Part shown: positions 28,829 to 37,915 of the stretch, in pieces
Position numbering within the stretch: position 1 is the stretch's first letter
Layout: each line of letters begins with the position of its first letter
Notes under the pieces: model-generated
What the model was told of the DNA's origin: nothing
What the model saw: the letters and a program-made list of their open reading frames with translations, nothing else
Database searches by the model: none
Assembly (NCBI GenBank): GCA_020848255.1
Contig: JADLAJ010000074.1
Coordinates: forward strand, 1 to 41,147
DNA: 41,147 nt
Reading direction: 5' to 3'
Source of the DNA: Chitinophagales bacterium
GTDB lineage: Bacteria > Bacteroidota > Bacteroidia > Chitinophagales > JADIYW01
Position numbers and translations under genes: made by a program

Positions 28829-30007
28829 ATGCAAAAGTTCTCTTTAATTACTTTTGCATGTTGCTTAATGTTAGCATTTACAGCATGCAAGAAAGAGACT
28901 CTGCTAGAAACCAACCAAGATTTAAGCCCTAAAAAAAATCTTATTACTAACCAATCGTCAGCCAAGCTTTTAAAAGAAGTGATGGAAGCAGCATCTGATG
29001 AACAAGACTCAACCGCTCTTGCTAACTTATTGTTGAAACCCAACAAAAAAAGCGCTCAGGATGCAGCATCTGCTTGTTTTGCTCCCATTCCGGGCATTTG
29101 CGGTTCTCCGCTGATTTACAGCAACAGCTGTTACTACAAGTACCAGATTTGGAATGATCCGAACAACCTTTATGTTGATTTGTATTTCCCATCGTCTGTA
29201 ATCGGTTGGAAGCGTGACTGCAACGGCAGAACCTGCCAGTATTACGTAACGCCTTGTATAAGTCTGGACTTATATAATTCAAATGGTACTAAAATTGGTA
29301 GTCTTAACGTAGCTTCTTCCAACATTTCTGTTACAGAAACAAGGATTTCATACAGTATTAGCGCATTAAAAGCGCAGTACAAGACATTGGCATGTGTCAA
29401 ATTGAGTGGTTTATTCTATATTATGAAAAAATGCAGTGGATGTTCAGCATCCCGTGTATCTACAGTTTGCATTACCCCACAGCAATTTTGTCTGCAACAA
29501 TGCCCATCAGTTTGCCCTACCGTAAACAATGTAAGTGTTGACAAAGTTAAAATCTGCGGTAGCGGTGTTGTTAAAGGTACAGTTGCTGTTAACGGTGATG
29601 CTTCAAAAACATCTACTACCTGGACTTTAGATGGTCAAACGTTCTCCGGTAATTCAGTTTCAATTGATTTTCCGGCTAATAATACATGTAGTCCGCTTAC
29701 AAAAACAATAAGTGTAAAAGTTGTTTGCACAACAGACCAGTCTGTTTTATCTCAAAGAGATTTTACAGTGGTAATAAATCCGGTACTTACGGCTTCAGTA
29801 TCCACTGATTTTGTGCTTTGTCAGGCATACATAGATGCTTCTTGCCCATCAGATTTCACTAATTACTCTTGGAATTTTGGCTCGCAAAGCGGTAACGGAA
29901 ATGTTATTCCATTGTCATCAAACAGACAAGTACTTAATTATACTGTTTCTGAAGATGGATGCAGTGTTTCTGGAAGTGTAAATGAGTTATATTGTGAACC
30001 ACTTTAG
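28829..30007 (+). CDS. Cys-rich putative lipoprotein, function unknown
   Basis: Lipobox-like LAFTAC, followed by roughly 20 further cysteines in 370 aa. I recognise no family. Confidence 0.55.
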   Translation: MQKFSLITFACCLMLAFTACKKETLLETNQDLSPKKNLITNQSSAKLLKEVMEAASDEQDSTALANLLLKPNKKSAQDAASACFAPIPGICGSPLIYSNSCYYKYQIWNDPNNLYVDLYFPSSVIGWKRDCNGRTCQYYVTPCISLDLYNSNGTKIGSLNVASSNISVTETRISYSISALKAQYKTLACVKLSGLFYIMKKCSGCSASRVSTVCITPQQFCLQQCPSVCPTVNNVSVDKVKICGSGVVKGTVAVNGDASKTSTTWTLDGQTFSGNSVSIDFPANNTCSPLTKTISVKVVCTTDQSVLSQRDFTVVINPVLTASVSTDFVLCQAYIDASCPSDFTNYSWNFGSQSGNGNVIPLSSNRQVLNYTVSEDGCSVSGSVNELYCEPL

Positions 30008-30030
30008 GCTCTGAAATACTATTTTATAAA

Positions 30031-30062
30031 AAAGCCGCCAACATACGTTGGCGGCTTTTTTA
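30031..30062 (+). terminator. Rho-independent terminator
   Basis: Stem gccgccaac (30034-30042) / gttggcggc (30047-30055), 4-nt loop, then ttttttat. Confidence 0.85.
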
Positions 30063-30120
30063 TGCTTATTAACTCGCAATTAAATTTTAAAAGGATGCAT
30101 AGTGTACTAAGTATTCGCTG

Positions 30121-30128
30121 TATTTTTG
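30121..30128 (+). promoter_or_regulatory. TAnnTTTG promoter-like motif 4 nt upstream of the prfC ATG
   Basis: tatttttg is followed by taac and then ATG (30133). This is a motif match only. Confidence 0.3.
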
Positions 30129-30132
30129 TAAC

Positions 30133-31737
30133 ATGTCAGCCATTTTAGACGAAATACACAGAAGAAAAACATTTGCCATTATCTCGCACCCGGATGCAGG
30201 AAAAACGACCTTAACGGAAAAGTTTCTGTTATATGGAGGTGCTATACAAACGGCGGGCGCTGTAAAGTCCAATAAGATAAAAAAATCAGCTACTTCAGAC
30301 TTTATGGAAATCGAGAAGCAGCGTGGTATTTCCGTGGCGACTTCCGTAATGACATTTGAGTATCAGAATACCTTAATCAACCTTTTAGATACACCGGGAC
30401 ACAAGGATTTTGCGGAAGATACCTACCGAACGCTGACGGCGGTGGACAGTGTGATTTTAGTGGTGGATTGCGTAAAAGGGGTGGAGATGCAGACAGAGCG
30501 TTTAATGGAAGTATGCCGTATGCGAAACACACCGGTAATCGTTTTTATCAATAAAATGGACCGCGACGGGAAAGACCCCTTTGATTTACTGGATGAACTT
30601 GAGCAAAAATTATTTATTAAAGTGCGTCCGCTTTCCTGGCCCATCGGCGGCGGTAAGCTATTTAAAGGCGTATATAATTTGTATGATCATCGTTTGAATC
30701 TATTCAGAGCTTCATCAACTAAAGTGGAAGAAGAGTTTGTAAGTATTGATAATTTGAATGATGCTGAACTGGATAAACAGATAGGAGAACACGATGCAGA
30801 AAAACTACGGGAAGATGTTGAACTGATTGATGGTGTGTATGAAACATTTGATGAAGCAAAATATAAAACAGGGGAAATTGCTCCCGTTTTTTTTGGTTCG
30901 GGAGTCAATAATTTCGGAGTTCGGGAATTACTCGAAACCTTTATACGGATTGCGCCCTCTCCTCGAGGCAGAAACACAGATACACGTGTTGTGCAGCCTA
31001 CAGAAGAAAAAATGACCGGTTTCATATTTAAAATACATGCGAATATCGACCCGAATCACCGAAGCAGAATTGCCTTCTTACGGGTTTGTTCCGGTAAGTT
31101 TGAACGAAATAAATTCTTCTATCACACACGTCTGAAAAAAGAACTTCGGTTTAGTAATCCGGTCACCTTTATGGCTTCCGACAAAAATATTGTAGAAGAT
31201 GCCTATCCAGGAGATGTGATCGGGATGAACGATACCGGAAATTTTAAAATAGGTGATACATTGACGGAAGGAGAGCAAATGTATTTTAAGGGTATTCCAA
31301 GCTTTTCACCGGAGATTTTTAAGGAAATGGTAAATACTGACCCCATGAAAACCAAACAATTGGAGAAAGGTATTCGTCAGCTGACCGAAGAAGGTGTGGC
31401 GCAGTTATTTACCGTACATACCACCCAGGCAAAAATAATTGGTACAGTGGGAGAATTGCAATTTGAGGTAATACAATACAGATTATTGCATGAATATGGT
31501 GCATCTTGTCAGTTTAAACCGCTGCAATATTATAAAGCTTGCTGGCTGACAAGTGAAAATACGGCAAAACTGACGGAGTTTATCCGAACAAAATCCAATT
31601 ATATTGCGTTTGATAAGGACGACAAGCCTGTTTTTCTGGCAAGTTCAGAATGGATATTACGATTAACCCAGCAGGATTATCCTGAAATTCATTTCCACCT
31701 GACCTCTGAATTTAACAGGGATGAAGTTGTGGCGTAA
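30133..31737 (+). CDS. prfC: Peptide chain release factor 3
   Basis: [44 protein letters not shown] and NKMDR GTPase motifs. At 534 aa it is colinear with RF3. Confidence 0.93.
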   Translation: MSAILDEIHRRKTFAIISHPDAGKTTLTEKFLLYGGAIQTAGAVKSNKIKKSATSDFMEIEKQRGISVATSVMTFEYQNTLINLLDTPGHKDFAEDTYRTLTAVDSVILVVDCVKGVEMQTERLMEVCRMRNTPVIVFINKMDRDGKDPFDLLDELEQKLFIKVRPLSWPIGGGKLFKGVYNLYDHRLNLFRASSTKVEEEFVSIDNLNDAELDKQIGEHDAEKLREDVELIDGVYETFDEAKYKTGEIAPVFFGSGVNNFGVRELLETFIRIAPSPRGRNTDTRVVQPTEEKMTGFIFKIHANIDPNHRSRIAFLRVCSGKFERNKFFYHTRLKKELRFSNPVTFMASDKNIVEDAYPGDVIGMNDTGNFKIGDTLTEGEQMYFKGIPSFSPEIFKEMVNTDPMKTKQLEKGIRQLTEEGVAQLFTVHTTQAKIIGTVGELQFEVIQYRLLHEYGASCQFKPLQYYKACWLTSENTAKLTEFIRTKSNYIAFDKDDKPVFLASSEWILRLTQQDYPEIHFHLTSEFNRDEVVA

Positions 31738-31774
31738 TATACCCAAGCAAGACGATTAACATAAATCAAATAAC

Positions 31775-32212
31775 ATGAACAAGCGCGTAGAAATATTCAG
31801 AACACAAATAGGACAAGATAAATGGCTGTTTGATTATCCGTTAATGGATTGGATGAATGCGAAAGTGCTGGAAGTAGATGAAGGAACGGTAAAAATGCAG
31901 TTTACCGTAGAAAAATATATGCTGAACCCGATTGGAATACTGCATGGCGGTATTGCTGCGGCCATGCTGGATGAGCTCATGGGAGCAGCAGGATTTACGA
32001 TTGGTCGTCCAACCGGCTATGCCACTATTAATATGAATATAGATTACTTAAACAGTGCAAAAGCCGGAGAGAAAGTAATCGGTGAAGGTGTCATAATACG
32101 TGCCGGCAAAAACATTATGCATGCAGAGGCAAAGCTTTTTAACGAAGAAAATAAACTGCTGTCTAAAGCAAGTTCTAATTTGATAGCAACTTCGGTGCCT
32201 ATTCCGTTCTAA
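31775..32212 (+). CDS. PaaI-family hotdog-fold thioesterase
   Basis: 145 aa. NPIGILHGGIAAAMLDELMG is the characteristic PaaI/4HBT class II motif. Confidence 0.8.
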   Translation: MNKRVEIFRTQIGQDKWLFDYPLMDWMNAKVLEVDEGTVKMQFTVEKYMLNPIGILHGGIAAAMLDELMGAAGFTIGRPTGYATINMNIDYLNSAKAGEKVIGEGVIIRAGKNIMHAEAKLFNEENKLLSKASSNLIATSVPIPF

Positions 32213-32306
32213 ATAAGCAATTTTCAGGTTTGATTTTATTACTTGATTGACTCTAGTGCAGTTAAATGAAATAACTAGCTTTTTTTGTAAACGTATTTGT
32301 CTGTTT

Positions 32307-32340
32307 AAAAAAAAAATACGGAGTGGCGAAACCACTCCGT
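32307..32340 (-). terminator. Rho-independent terminator of the small repeat-peptide gene
   Basis: Stem acggagtgg (32318-32326) / ccactccgt (32332-32340). On the minus strand a 10-nt T-run follows (plus-strand A-run 32307-32316). It lies 55 nt past the stop codon. Confidence 0.75.
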
Positions 32341-32395
32341 GTAAGAACTAAACTACTAACTATTTATTATTATAGTGGGGGGGAGAAAAAACTTA

Positions 32396-32599
32396 TTAAT
32401 TTCCAGTTGGATCAATTACTTTATTTCCAGTTGGATCAATTCCACCTTTGTTTCCAGTTGGATCGATACCACCTTTGTTTCCGGTTGGATCAATAACAAT
32501 CTTGTTTCCTGTTGGATCTATTCCTTTATTTCCTGTTGGGTCAATTCCTTTTGAAGAATTAACTAATAATGATAAGATAAGTGCTACAATAATTCCCAT
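32396..32599 (-). CDS. Small secreted repeat protein (67 aa from the ATG): hydrophobic leader + six IDPTGN(K) heptapeptide units
   Basis: MGIIVALILSLLVNSSKG-IDPTGNK-G-IDPTGNK-IV-IDPTGNK-GG-IDPTGNK-GG-IDPTGNK-V-IDPTGN-stop. All nucleotide differences among the six units are synonymous, which argues for real translation. A TTG at 32641 would add 14 aa. Confidence 0.65.
   Translation of the reverse strand: MGIIVALILSLLVNSSKGIDPTGNKGIDPTGNKIVIDPTGNKGGIDPTGNKGGIDPTGNKVIDPTGN
32399..32545 (-). repeat. Six imperfect 21-nt coding repeats separated by 3-6-nt spacers
   Basis: The units on the coding strand are attgatccaactggaaat, attgatccaactggaaataaa, atcgatccaactggaaacaaa, attgatccaaccggaaacaaa, atagatccaacaggaaacaag and attgacccaacaggaaataaa. 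Confidence 0.9.
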
Positions 32600-33072
32600 T
32601 TTGCGTTTTTTTTGTAATACAAATATGGGTATAATTTGCAATATGAAAGTTACAGTTTATGCATAGGTGTGACTCTTCATATAATAGGGTATTTATGATT
32701 TATGAATTTCAAATAATTGAAAATCATACAGTTATATGTTGTTTTTTCGGGTTTTTATTTCATTTTTTGTGACAAAGGTTTTTACTGTTGGGTTTTGTGA
32801 ATAATGTTCTTTAAGCAGTATTTTTCTTTAATCCGGGTTGTAATGTTCTATCAGGGACTAATGAAAACGCAGTTATGTTGGGCATTTACTGGTTTCATCA
32901 AGAAGTAAAATACTACTTTACACAACGAAGTTGTATTTAAAGCAACTCTAAATCAATAGCACTGATTTAGCTCTTGTGACTTTGTTGTAATAGTGTTATA
33001 TTGCTCAATATATTTATAACTATCTTATTAATAGAGAGTTGTTTTTTATTTATTAAACTAAAATGTGACAAA

Positions 33073-34566
33073 ATGGATGCCTTAAAAGAGCTGGTAAAAA
33101 TTGTTAACAGGAAGCGATTATCTAAAATTGATGTCTTTGATAAGACATTTTTGAATCAGAATAACAGTAATTTATATTACACACTTTACGAAGGTTTGGA
33201 GTCAGGTAAAATTATTGATGATGTTTCTGCGGCAAAATATTTGTACGACAGCGAAGACAAGGATGCAAAATTCAGAAAGTTAAAATCAAGATTTAAAAAT
33301 AAAATTCTAAAGTCTGTATTGTTATTTGATATAGAGGAAATCTTTAATAATGAGAGAGGCAGAGTTTATTATGAATGCCTTACAAATAACCAGATAATTG
33401 AAATAATTATACAACTATCAGGAACAACAAAGCTCGTGTATGAATTGGTTAAAGAAGATTACTCAAAGGCTTTAAAGTACAACCTGTACGATATACTGAA
33501 GAATTATTCATATTACCTGATATCCTACTACAGTTTGAAAGGAGATAAAAAATCATTGGTTGAAGAAGAAAGTAAATATTTGGTCTATCTTGATTTAGCT
33601 CAGAAAGAACAATTTGCCAAGTATTTGTATATGAAAATTGCTGTAGATTTTAACAGACCCATACCCATTACAAATGAATTATTATCAGATGTAAAACATA
33701 ATTTAAGCAGATTTTTTACTTTGAGGAAAGAGATTAATAATCCGGAAATTGATTTCTATTATTTTTATCTGGCATTCTTATATTATGAAAGCAATAATGA
33801 ACTGGATCAGATTCTTTCTATTTGTGACGAAGCTGAGCAGTTAATGAAACTTAATCCGAATATTGTAACAAACACCAGAAGAATGGTAATGCTATTGTAC
33901 AAAGTAAAGGCATTGTTACATTACAAGCAATTTGACACTGGAATAAAATTATTGAATAATGATGATACTATTGTAATTCCGGAGACCAGTATGAATTGGT
34001 ATATTCTGAAAGAGACGGAATTTAAACTGTATCTGCAAGATGATAAAATACAGGAAGCATACAATGTTTATGAACAAGTCATAAACAATAAATCATTTAA
34101 GCGACAGGTTGCTGAACTAACAGAAAAATGGAAAATATACCATGCTTATTTGGTTTTTATGGATAGTTTTCTAAACAAAGGAGAATATAAATTTAGCTTA
34201 CCAAAGTTTTTAAATGATGTTCCAATAAATTCAAAAGATAAATCGGGCTATAATTTTGCTATACGTGTCATTGAAATTTTATTTAATGCCGCACGAAAAG
34301 ATTATAATCTCATTTTCTCCAAAATGGATGCCTTGCGAGTGTATCGAACCCGTTATTTAAATGATAATACCTACAAACGAAACCATTTATTTTTAAGTGT
34401 TTTGTTAAAGGCAGAAAAATCAGGATTCAGTAACAAAGAAATGGCAAAAGCAGACTGGCCGGAAATTGCGGAATTGCGCAAACATAATAACTACATCATC
34501 GCTGACTGGGAAATCATTCCATACGAAACGCTCTGGGATATTTTTGTGGAGTTGGCGAAGAAGTAA
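33073..34566 (+). CDS. Hypothetical 497-aa cytoplasmic protein, probably all-helical/TPR-like
   Basis: The ATG at 33073 is preferred over the TTG at 33001. No signal peptide. Composition is rich in K/E/L/Y/N with a helical-repeat-like periodicity. I recognise no catalytic or DNA-binding motif. Confidence 0.6.
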   Translation: MDALKELVKIVNRKRLSKIDVFDKTFLNQNNSNLYYTLYEGLESGKIIDDVSAAKYLYDSEDKDAKFRKLKSRFKNKILKSVLLFDIEEIFNNERGRVYYECLTNNQIIEIIIQLSGTTKLVYELVKEDYSKALKYNLYDILKNYSYYLISYYSLKGDKKSLVEEESKYLVYLDLAQKEQFAKYLYMKIAVDFNRPIPITNELLSDVKHNLSRFFTLRKEINNPEIDFYYFYLAFLYYESNNELDQILSICDEAEQLMKLNPNIVTNTRRMVMLLYKVKALLHYKQFDTGIKLLNNDDTIVIPETSMNWYILKETEFKLYLQDDKIQEAYNVYEQVINNKSFKRQVAELTEKWKIYHAYLVFMDSFLNKGEYKFSLPKFLNDVPINSKDKSGYNFAIRVIEILFNAARKDYNLIFSKMDALRVYRTRYLNDNTYKRNHLFLSVLLKAEKSGFSNKEMAKADWPEIAELRKHNNYIIADWEIIPYETLWDIFVELAKK

Positions 34567-34606
34567 TACACAATCGTAAATAGAATAATACTGAATTGAT
34601 GATTAT

Positions 34607-35446
34607 TTATTGATAATATGTATATTCTTGATAAGAACGAACTATATTTGAATTGTAGTTCGTTAATATTAATGTACTATTTACTATATTTTCATTCATA
34701 GTATAAAAATATTTCGAGTATGAATTATTTGAGTAATTAGAACTGTCAATTAAAAATGTATTAGGTTTTACAATATAATAACCATCTATTCCTAAATAAT
34801 AAACAACATCATTTAAAACACTACCACCACCATGGTCTGTACATGGTAATTGATTAGGAATCATATTGTTATTTACTATGTTAGTAAATGTAAATGAAAC
34901 AGTATCAGCTTTATTGACATATATTCCTAAAAATTCTCTCCATTTAGAGGAATAACCATTACAATTATACACATCATATTTAAAGTTATAAAATGAAATA
35001 TTCGTTTGTAAAAAAATACCAATATCGAATATTGAGTCTGTTTTATCATTTTTTAAAAAGATTACAGTAGCTAATTCTTGAGAACCACTCAATGTATCAA
35101 TCTTTATAATTGATGTAATTTGCTTACCGATTGTAGAAATTAAATATTGCTTACCTTCAAAATTATTATAAAAATAAACGGTGTTGTTTGCTCTTTCAAT
35201 ATTTATATAACTATTGAAATTTGTGTCAATACCTTGAAATCTACCATGTAAATCTATAGATATTAAGAGACCTGTAGTTGTATCATAATTAAAATAATAC
35301 CGGCTAATAGTATTAGAGGAATCGCTCTCGTAGTACGTCAATGATTTTATTTTATTATGAAGGACGTTTTGTTTATTTTGATTATTACATTCCTTTTTGC
35401 ACGAAAGTGCAAAAAGGAATGATAGAATTATTAATAACTTTTTCAT
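34607..35446 (-). CDS. Hypothetical lipoprotein (very AT-rich gene)
   Basis: Signal/lipobox MKKLLIILSFLFALSC. Asn/Tyr/Ile-rich. Sampled GC is about 18% (11/60 nt at 34681-34740). Confidence 0.55.
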   Translation of the reverse strand: MKKLLIILSFLFALSCKKECNNQNKQNVLHNKIKSLTYYESDSSNTISRYYFNYDTTTGLLISIDLHGRFQGIDTNFNSYINIERANNTVYFYNNFEGKQYLISTIGKQITSIIKIDTLSGSQELATVIFLKNDKTDSIFDIGIFLQTNISFYNFKYDVYNCNGYSSKWREFLGIYVNKADTVSFTFTNIVNNNMIPNQLPCTDHGGGSVLNDVVYYLGIDGYYIVKPNTFLIDSSNYSNNSYSKYFYTMNENIVNSTLILTNYNSNIVRSYQEYTYYQ

Positions 35447-35452
35447 GTTTTT

Positions 35453-36094
35453 TTATTTATGACCGTTAAACCAAGTAAGAATATCAGGTCGCGTTTGTGC
35501 ATTGTTTGATACATCATGATTTGCGTTAGTATATAGTTTAATGATATGTTTGCTGGTTGTTGTTGCATATGTTGCAGATGCTGGTATAGCTGGTCTGGTT
35601 GTGCTACTGTAAGTTCCAATTAAACCACCTGTGGAAGCAAGTTTTGTATTCATCGTGCTTGTCGCTTTACTGTATGGTACTAACCAATCATCAGTTCCAT
35701 GTATTATAAATGTTGGAACAATGCGAGATGTATCTAAAGCAACACATGGGCTCACATTATTAAACTCTGTAGTTACCGACGGAGCAGTAATTATTTGGCG
35801 AATACAACTTTGTGCCAATCTAAATGTGTTTGTAATTCTTTTGTTTGTATTATATGATGCTGTAAAAGGAGCAACTGCGGGAATTAACCAATTCAATCTT
35901 ATTCCTGCAACTGTGCAAGTTAATGGATTAACGAATCCCGTTATTGTCAAATTTACATTTGGATCGTTTGGATCATAAATACCGTAAAATGGAAAATGTG
36001 TTAGTGTTGTTGTATTTGGATTAGAAACAATTAAATCTGTTCCACATGTAAATGGAAATGGTGGTAATTTCATCCAATTAGTTAATTGGTTCAT
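35453..36094 (-). CDS. Hypothetical protein with only the C-terminal alpha/beta-hydrolase-like motifs (possibly truncated)
   Basis: FIIHGTDDWLVP (acid-residue motif) and TNANHD (His motif) are present. I cannot find a GxSxG nucleophile or a signal peptide. The upstream neighbour ends only 31 nt away. Confidence 0.4.
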   Translation of the reverse strand: MNQLTNWMKLPPFPFTCGTDLIVSNPNTTTLTHFPFYGIYDPNDPNVNLTITGFVNPLTCTVAGIRLNWLIPAVAPFTASYNTNKRITNTFRLAQSCIRQIITAPSVTTEFNNVSPCVALDTSRIVPTFIIHGTDDWLVPYSKATSTMNTKLASTGGLIGTYSSTTRPAIPASATYATTTSKHIIKLYTNANHDVSNNAQTRPDILTWFNGHK

Positions 36095-36125
36095 ATTTGT
36101 AAAGGTATATTTTTTGTATAGTTTT

Positions 36126-36929
36126 TTACGGATTCCTGAATAACTGAATCGTGTAATCCAGTAATTTTTGGTCGCCGTAGGGGCCGTGTCCCGGCACTAC
36201 AAATTTTACCGGCGGATAGGCCTTTTTCACCTTTTCCACAGTGGCCGACCAGGCAGCTACATTTGCATCACCGAGGTAGCCTTTGCTGGCATCCAGTGTT
36301 TTTATCAGACAACCGCCAAACAAAACATCATCTTCTGGAAAGTAGCCCACCACATTGTCTCTGGTATGTCCTTCGCCGAAAAAAGTAGCCGTAACGAAAG
36401 TGTTGCCGAGGTTCAAGAGCAAGGAATCGCTGAAGCTGTTTTTGGGCACTGCCATTTTGTTTTCTTTGGCGTATTCCACGGTTTTGCTGTTGGCATAAGA
36501 AGGAATCTTATTGTCATCAAAGGCTTGGAGGCCGCCGAGGCAATCGTCGTGGAAATGCGTGGGAATGACGGCCTTGATGCTGCAGTGCAGTTTTTCCTGT
36601 ATCCATTTTATAAGTACAGCCGAAGTTTTATCGGTAGTAGGTGTGTCGAAGATAATGATTTCAGTGCCCTTGCGCACGATGAGGCCGTTGCAGGGAACAT
36701 TGCCGAATTCATCGGTTTGTTTATAAGAGGTATGTACAAAAGTATTTTGGGTGATTTGCGTAATGATTAGCTGTTTGGATTTGTACACCTTTTTGGGGTT
36801 GAAGACTTCTTTTTGTTGCGCACTGCCGTTCAGATAGCACATTAAGAACATAAAAACCAACACTAACTGAAAAACGTATTTCGGGATTTTTGATGTTGTG
36901 GTTTTTACAAAAGAGTTGGTGTGGTTCAT
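36126..36929 (-). CDS. Subclass B1 metallo-beta-lactamase
   Basis: Signal peptide plus the complete B1 zinc-ligand set in the right order: HFHDD (H116/H118/D120), GEGHTRDN (H196), GGCLIK (C221), VPGHG (H263). Confidence 0.88.
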   Translation of the reverse strand: MNHTNSFVKTTTSKIPKYVFQLVLVFMFLMCYLNGSAQQKEVFNPKKVYKSKQLIITQITQNTFVHTSYKQTDEFGNVPCNGLIVRKGTEIIIFDTPTTDKTSAVLIKWIQEKLHCSIKAVIPTHFHDDCLGGLQAFDDNKIPSYANSKTVEYAKENKMAVPKNSFSDSLLLNLGNTFVTATFFGEGHTRDNVVGYFPEDDVLFGGCLIKTLDASKGYLGDANVAAWSATVEKVKKAYPPVKFVVPGHGPYGDQKLLDYTIQLFRNP

Positions 36930-37051
36930 TGCTTGTTTTTTTTGTTTTTTGAGTGATAAATGTACAAACTATTTTTGCAAAAACCGTTCGAGACCGGGTG
37001 ATTTAGTACACATGAGTTGTCTTTTGGGAAACAAGCAAAAGGATGAAGACT

Positions 37052-37120
37052 TGTGCTGTAAGCACACAATATTGGTAGAAATAAAATAGTAAACGGAAAT
37101 GGTGCTGTAGGCACCATATA
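37052..37120. repeat. REP-like 69-nt repeat, left copy (two short hairpins)
   Basis: tgtgctgtaagcacacaatattggtagaaataaaatagtaaacggaaatggtgctgtaggcaccatata. The hairpins are gtgc-tgtaa-gcac and ggtgc-tgtag-gcacc. Confidence 0.8.
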
Positions 37121-37130
37121 TCAACGGAAT

Positions 37131-37592
37131 TTAAATCATTTCTTTGAAAATGTATTGTTCATCATATTCAACATCAAATTTTTTCAGGAAATCCATATAT
37201 TCATCTCTGAATGTCTTTTTTGAATGATGTTGTTCCTGATTTTCAATATATGCAATCACATCTTTTACCTGAGATTTTCCATAGGAAAATGCACCGTAAC
37301 CTTCCTGCCATTCAAATTTTCCTTTTATAAATCCTTTTTGATTAATCCATTTTGAAGAACTTCCTTTTATGTCTTGCATTAAATCAGAGATGGATTGCGT
37401 GGGACGCATTCCGATTAAAATATGAATATGATCCGACATTCCGTTTATGGCAATCAACTTGTGTTTATTGTTTTGTACAATACCTGTCATATACCTGTAT
37501 AACTCATCTTTCCAGGAGGAATGAATGATTGCATCTCTGAATTTTACTGCAAAAACAAATTGAATGTGTATTTGTGTGTAGGTATTTGCCAT
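37131..37592 (-). CDS. Y1 HUH transposase, IS200/IS605-like or REP-associated tyrosine transposase (RAYT)-like
   Basis: 153 aa. HUH motif in SDHIHILIG and the catalytic Tyr motif YIENQ (YxxxQ). There is no tnpB-like second gene. Confidence 0.85.
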   Translation of the reverse strand: MANTYTQIHIQFVFAVKFRDAIIHSSWKDELYRYMTGIVQNNKHKLIAINGMSDHIHILIGMRPTQSISDLMQDIKGSSSKWINQKGFIKGKFEWQEGYGAFSYGKSQVKDVIAYIENQEQHHSKKTFRDEYMDFLKKFDVEYDEQYIFKEMI

Positions 37593-37612
37593 GTTATATG
37601 TCTTTATATATC

Positions 37613-37674
37613 GTCCCTACGGGACTTTATTCTTTTTGCAATAAATTTCTACCTATATTTTATTCCTACGGAAT
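37613..37674. repeat. Two short hairpins with CTAC loops just upstream of the transposase start
   Basis: gtccc-tac-gggac (37613-37625) and attcc-tac-ggaat (37662-37674). Confidence 0.6.
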
Positions 37675-37915
37675 AATTTTTGTTCGTATAAAATTGATAA
37701 ATTCCATACTTACAATAGAATAGTTATGCAAGAATTTTGCATTGATTTGTATAATCAATGAGGATAAATATATTAATTTCAATTCTATTGCTACTATGTT
37801 TTCATCAAAAATTTCATCAGGCGGAAATTTTTCCTGATGTGTTATTATAAACTACGCTTTATAAACTTGTAAGAGCTTATGAAGGATTGAATTTAGTGTA
37901 ATTTCCTTTTTTCTG

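Noticed and set aside
411-33072. Longer 5' extensions offered by the ORF track (starts at 411, 1077, 5793, 6694, 27722, 27760, 32641, 33001)
   Set aside because: Each extension either overlaps the upstream gene or starts at TTG and adds residues that do not look like protein. Internal ATGs (444, 1200, 5886, 6730, 27686, 27778, 32599, 33073) give canonical N-termini or signal peptides. The true starts remain unverified.
36168-36770. A 200-aa plus-strand ORF, and a 71-aa ORF at 36511..36726, opposite the metallo-beta-lactamase gene
   Set aside because: They are antisense to a gene with a complete B1 motif set. Locally high GC depletes stop codons, and the translation is Ala/Gly/Arg-rich with no motifs.
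36898-37117. 63-aa ORFs on both strands between the beta-lactamase and transposase genes
   Set aside because: They span the REP-like repeat and promoter region. One overlaps the beta-lactamase start codon, and neither shows coding features.
37758-37850. 30-codon ORF MRINILISILLLLCFHQKFHQAEIFPDVLL inside the transposase-flanking region
   Set aside because: It looks like a signal-peptide stub and could be a remnant of a disrupted secreted-protein gene. It is too short to support, and nothing follows it in frame.
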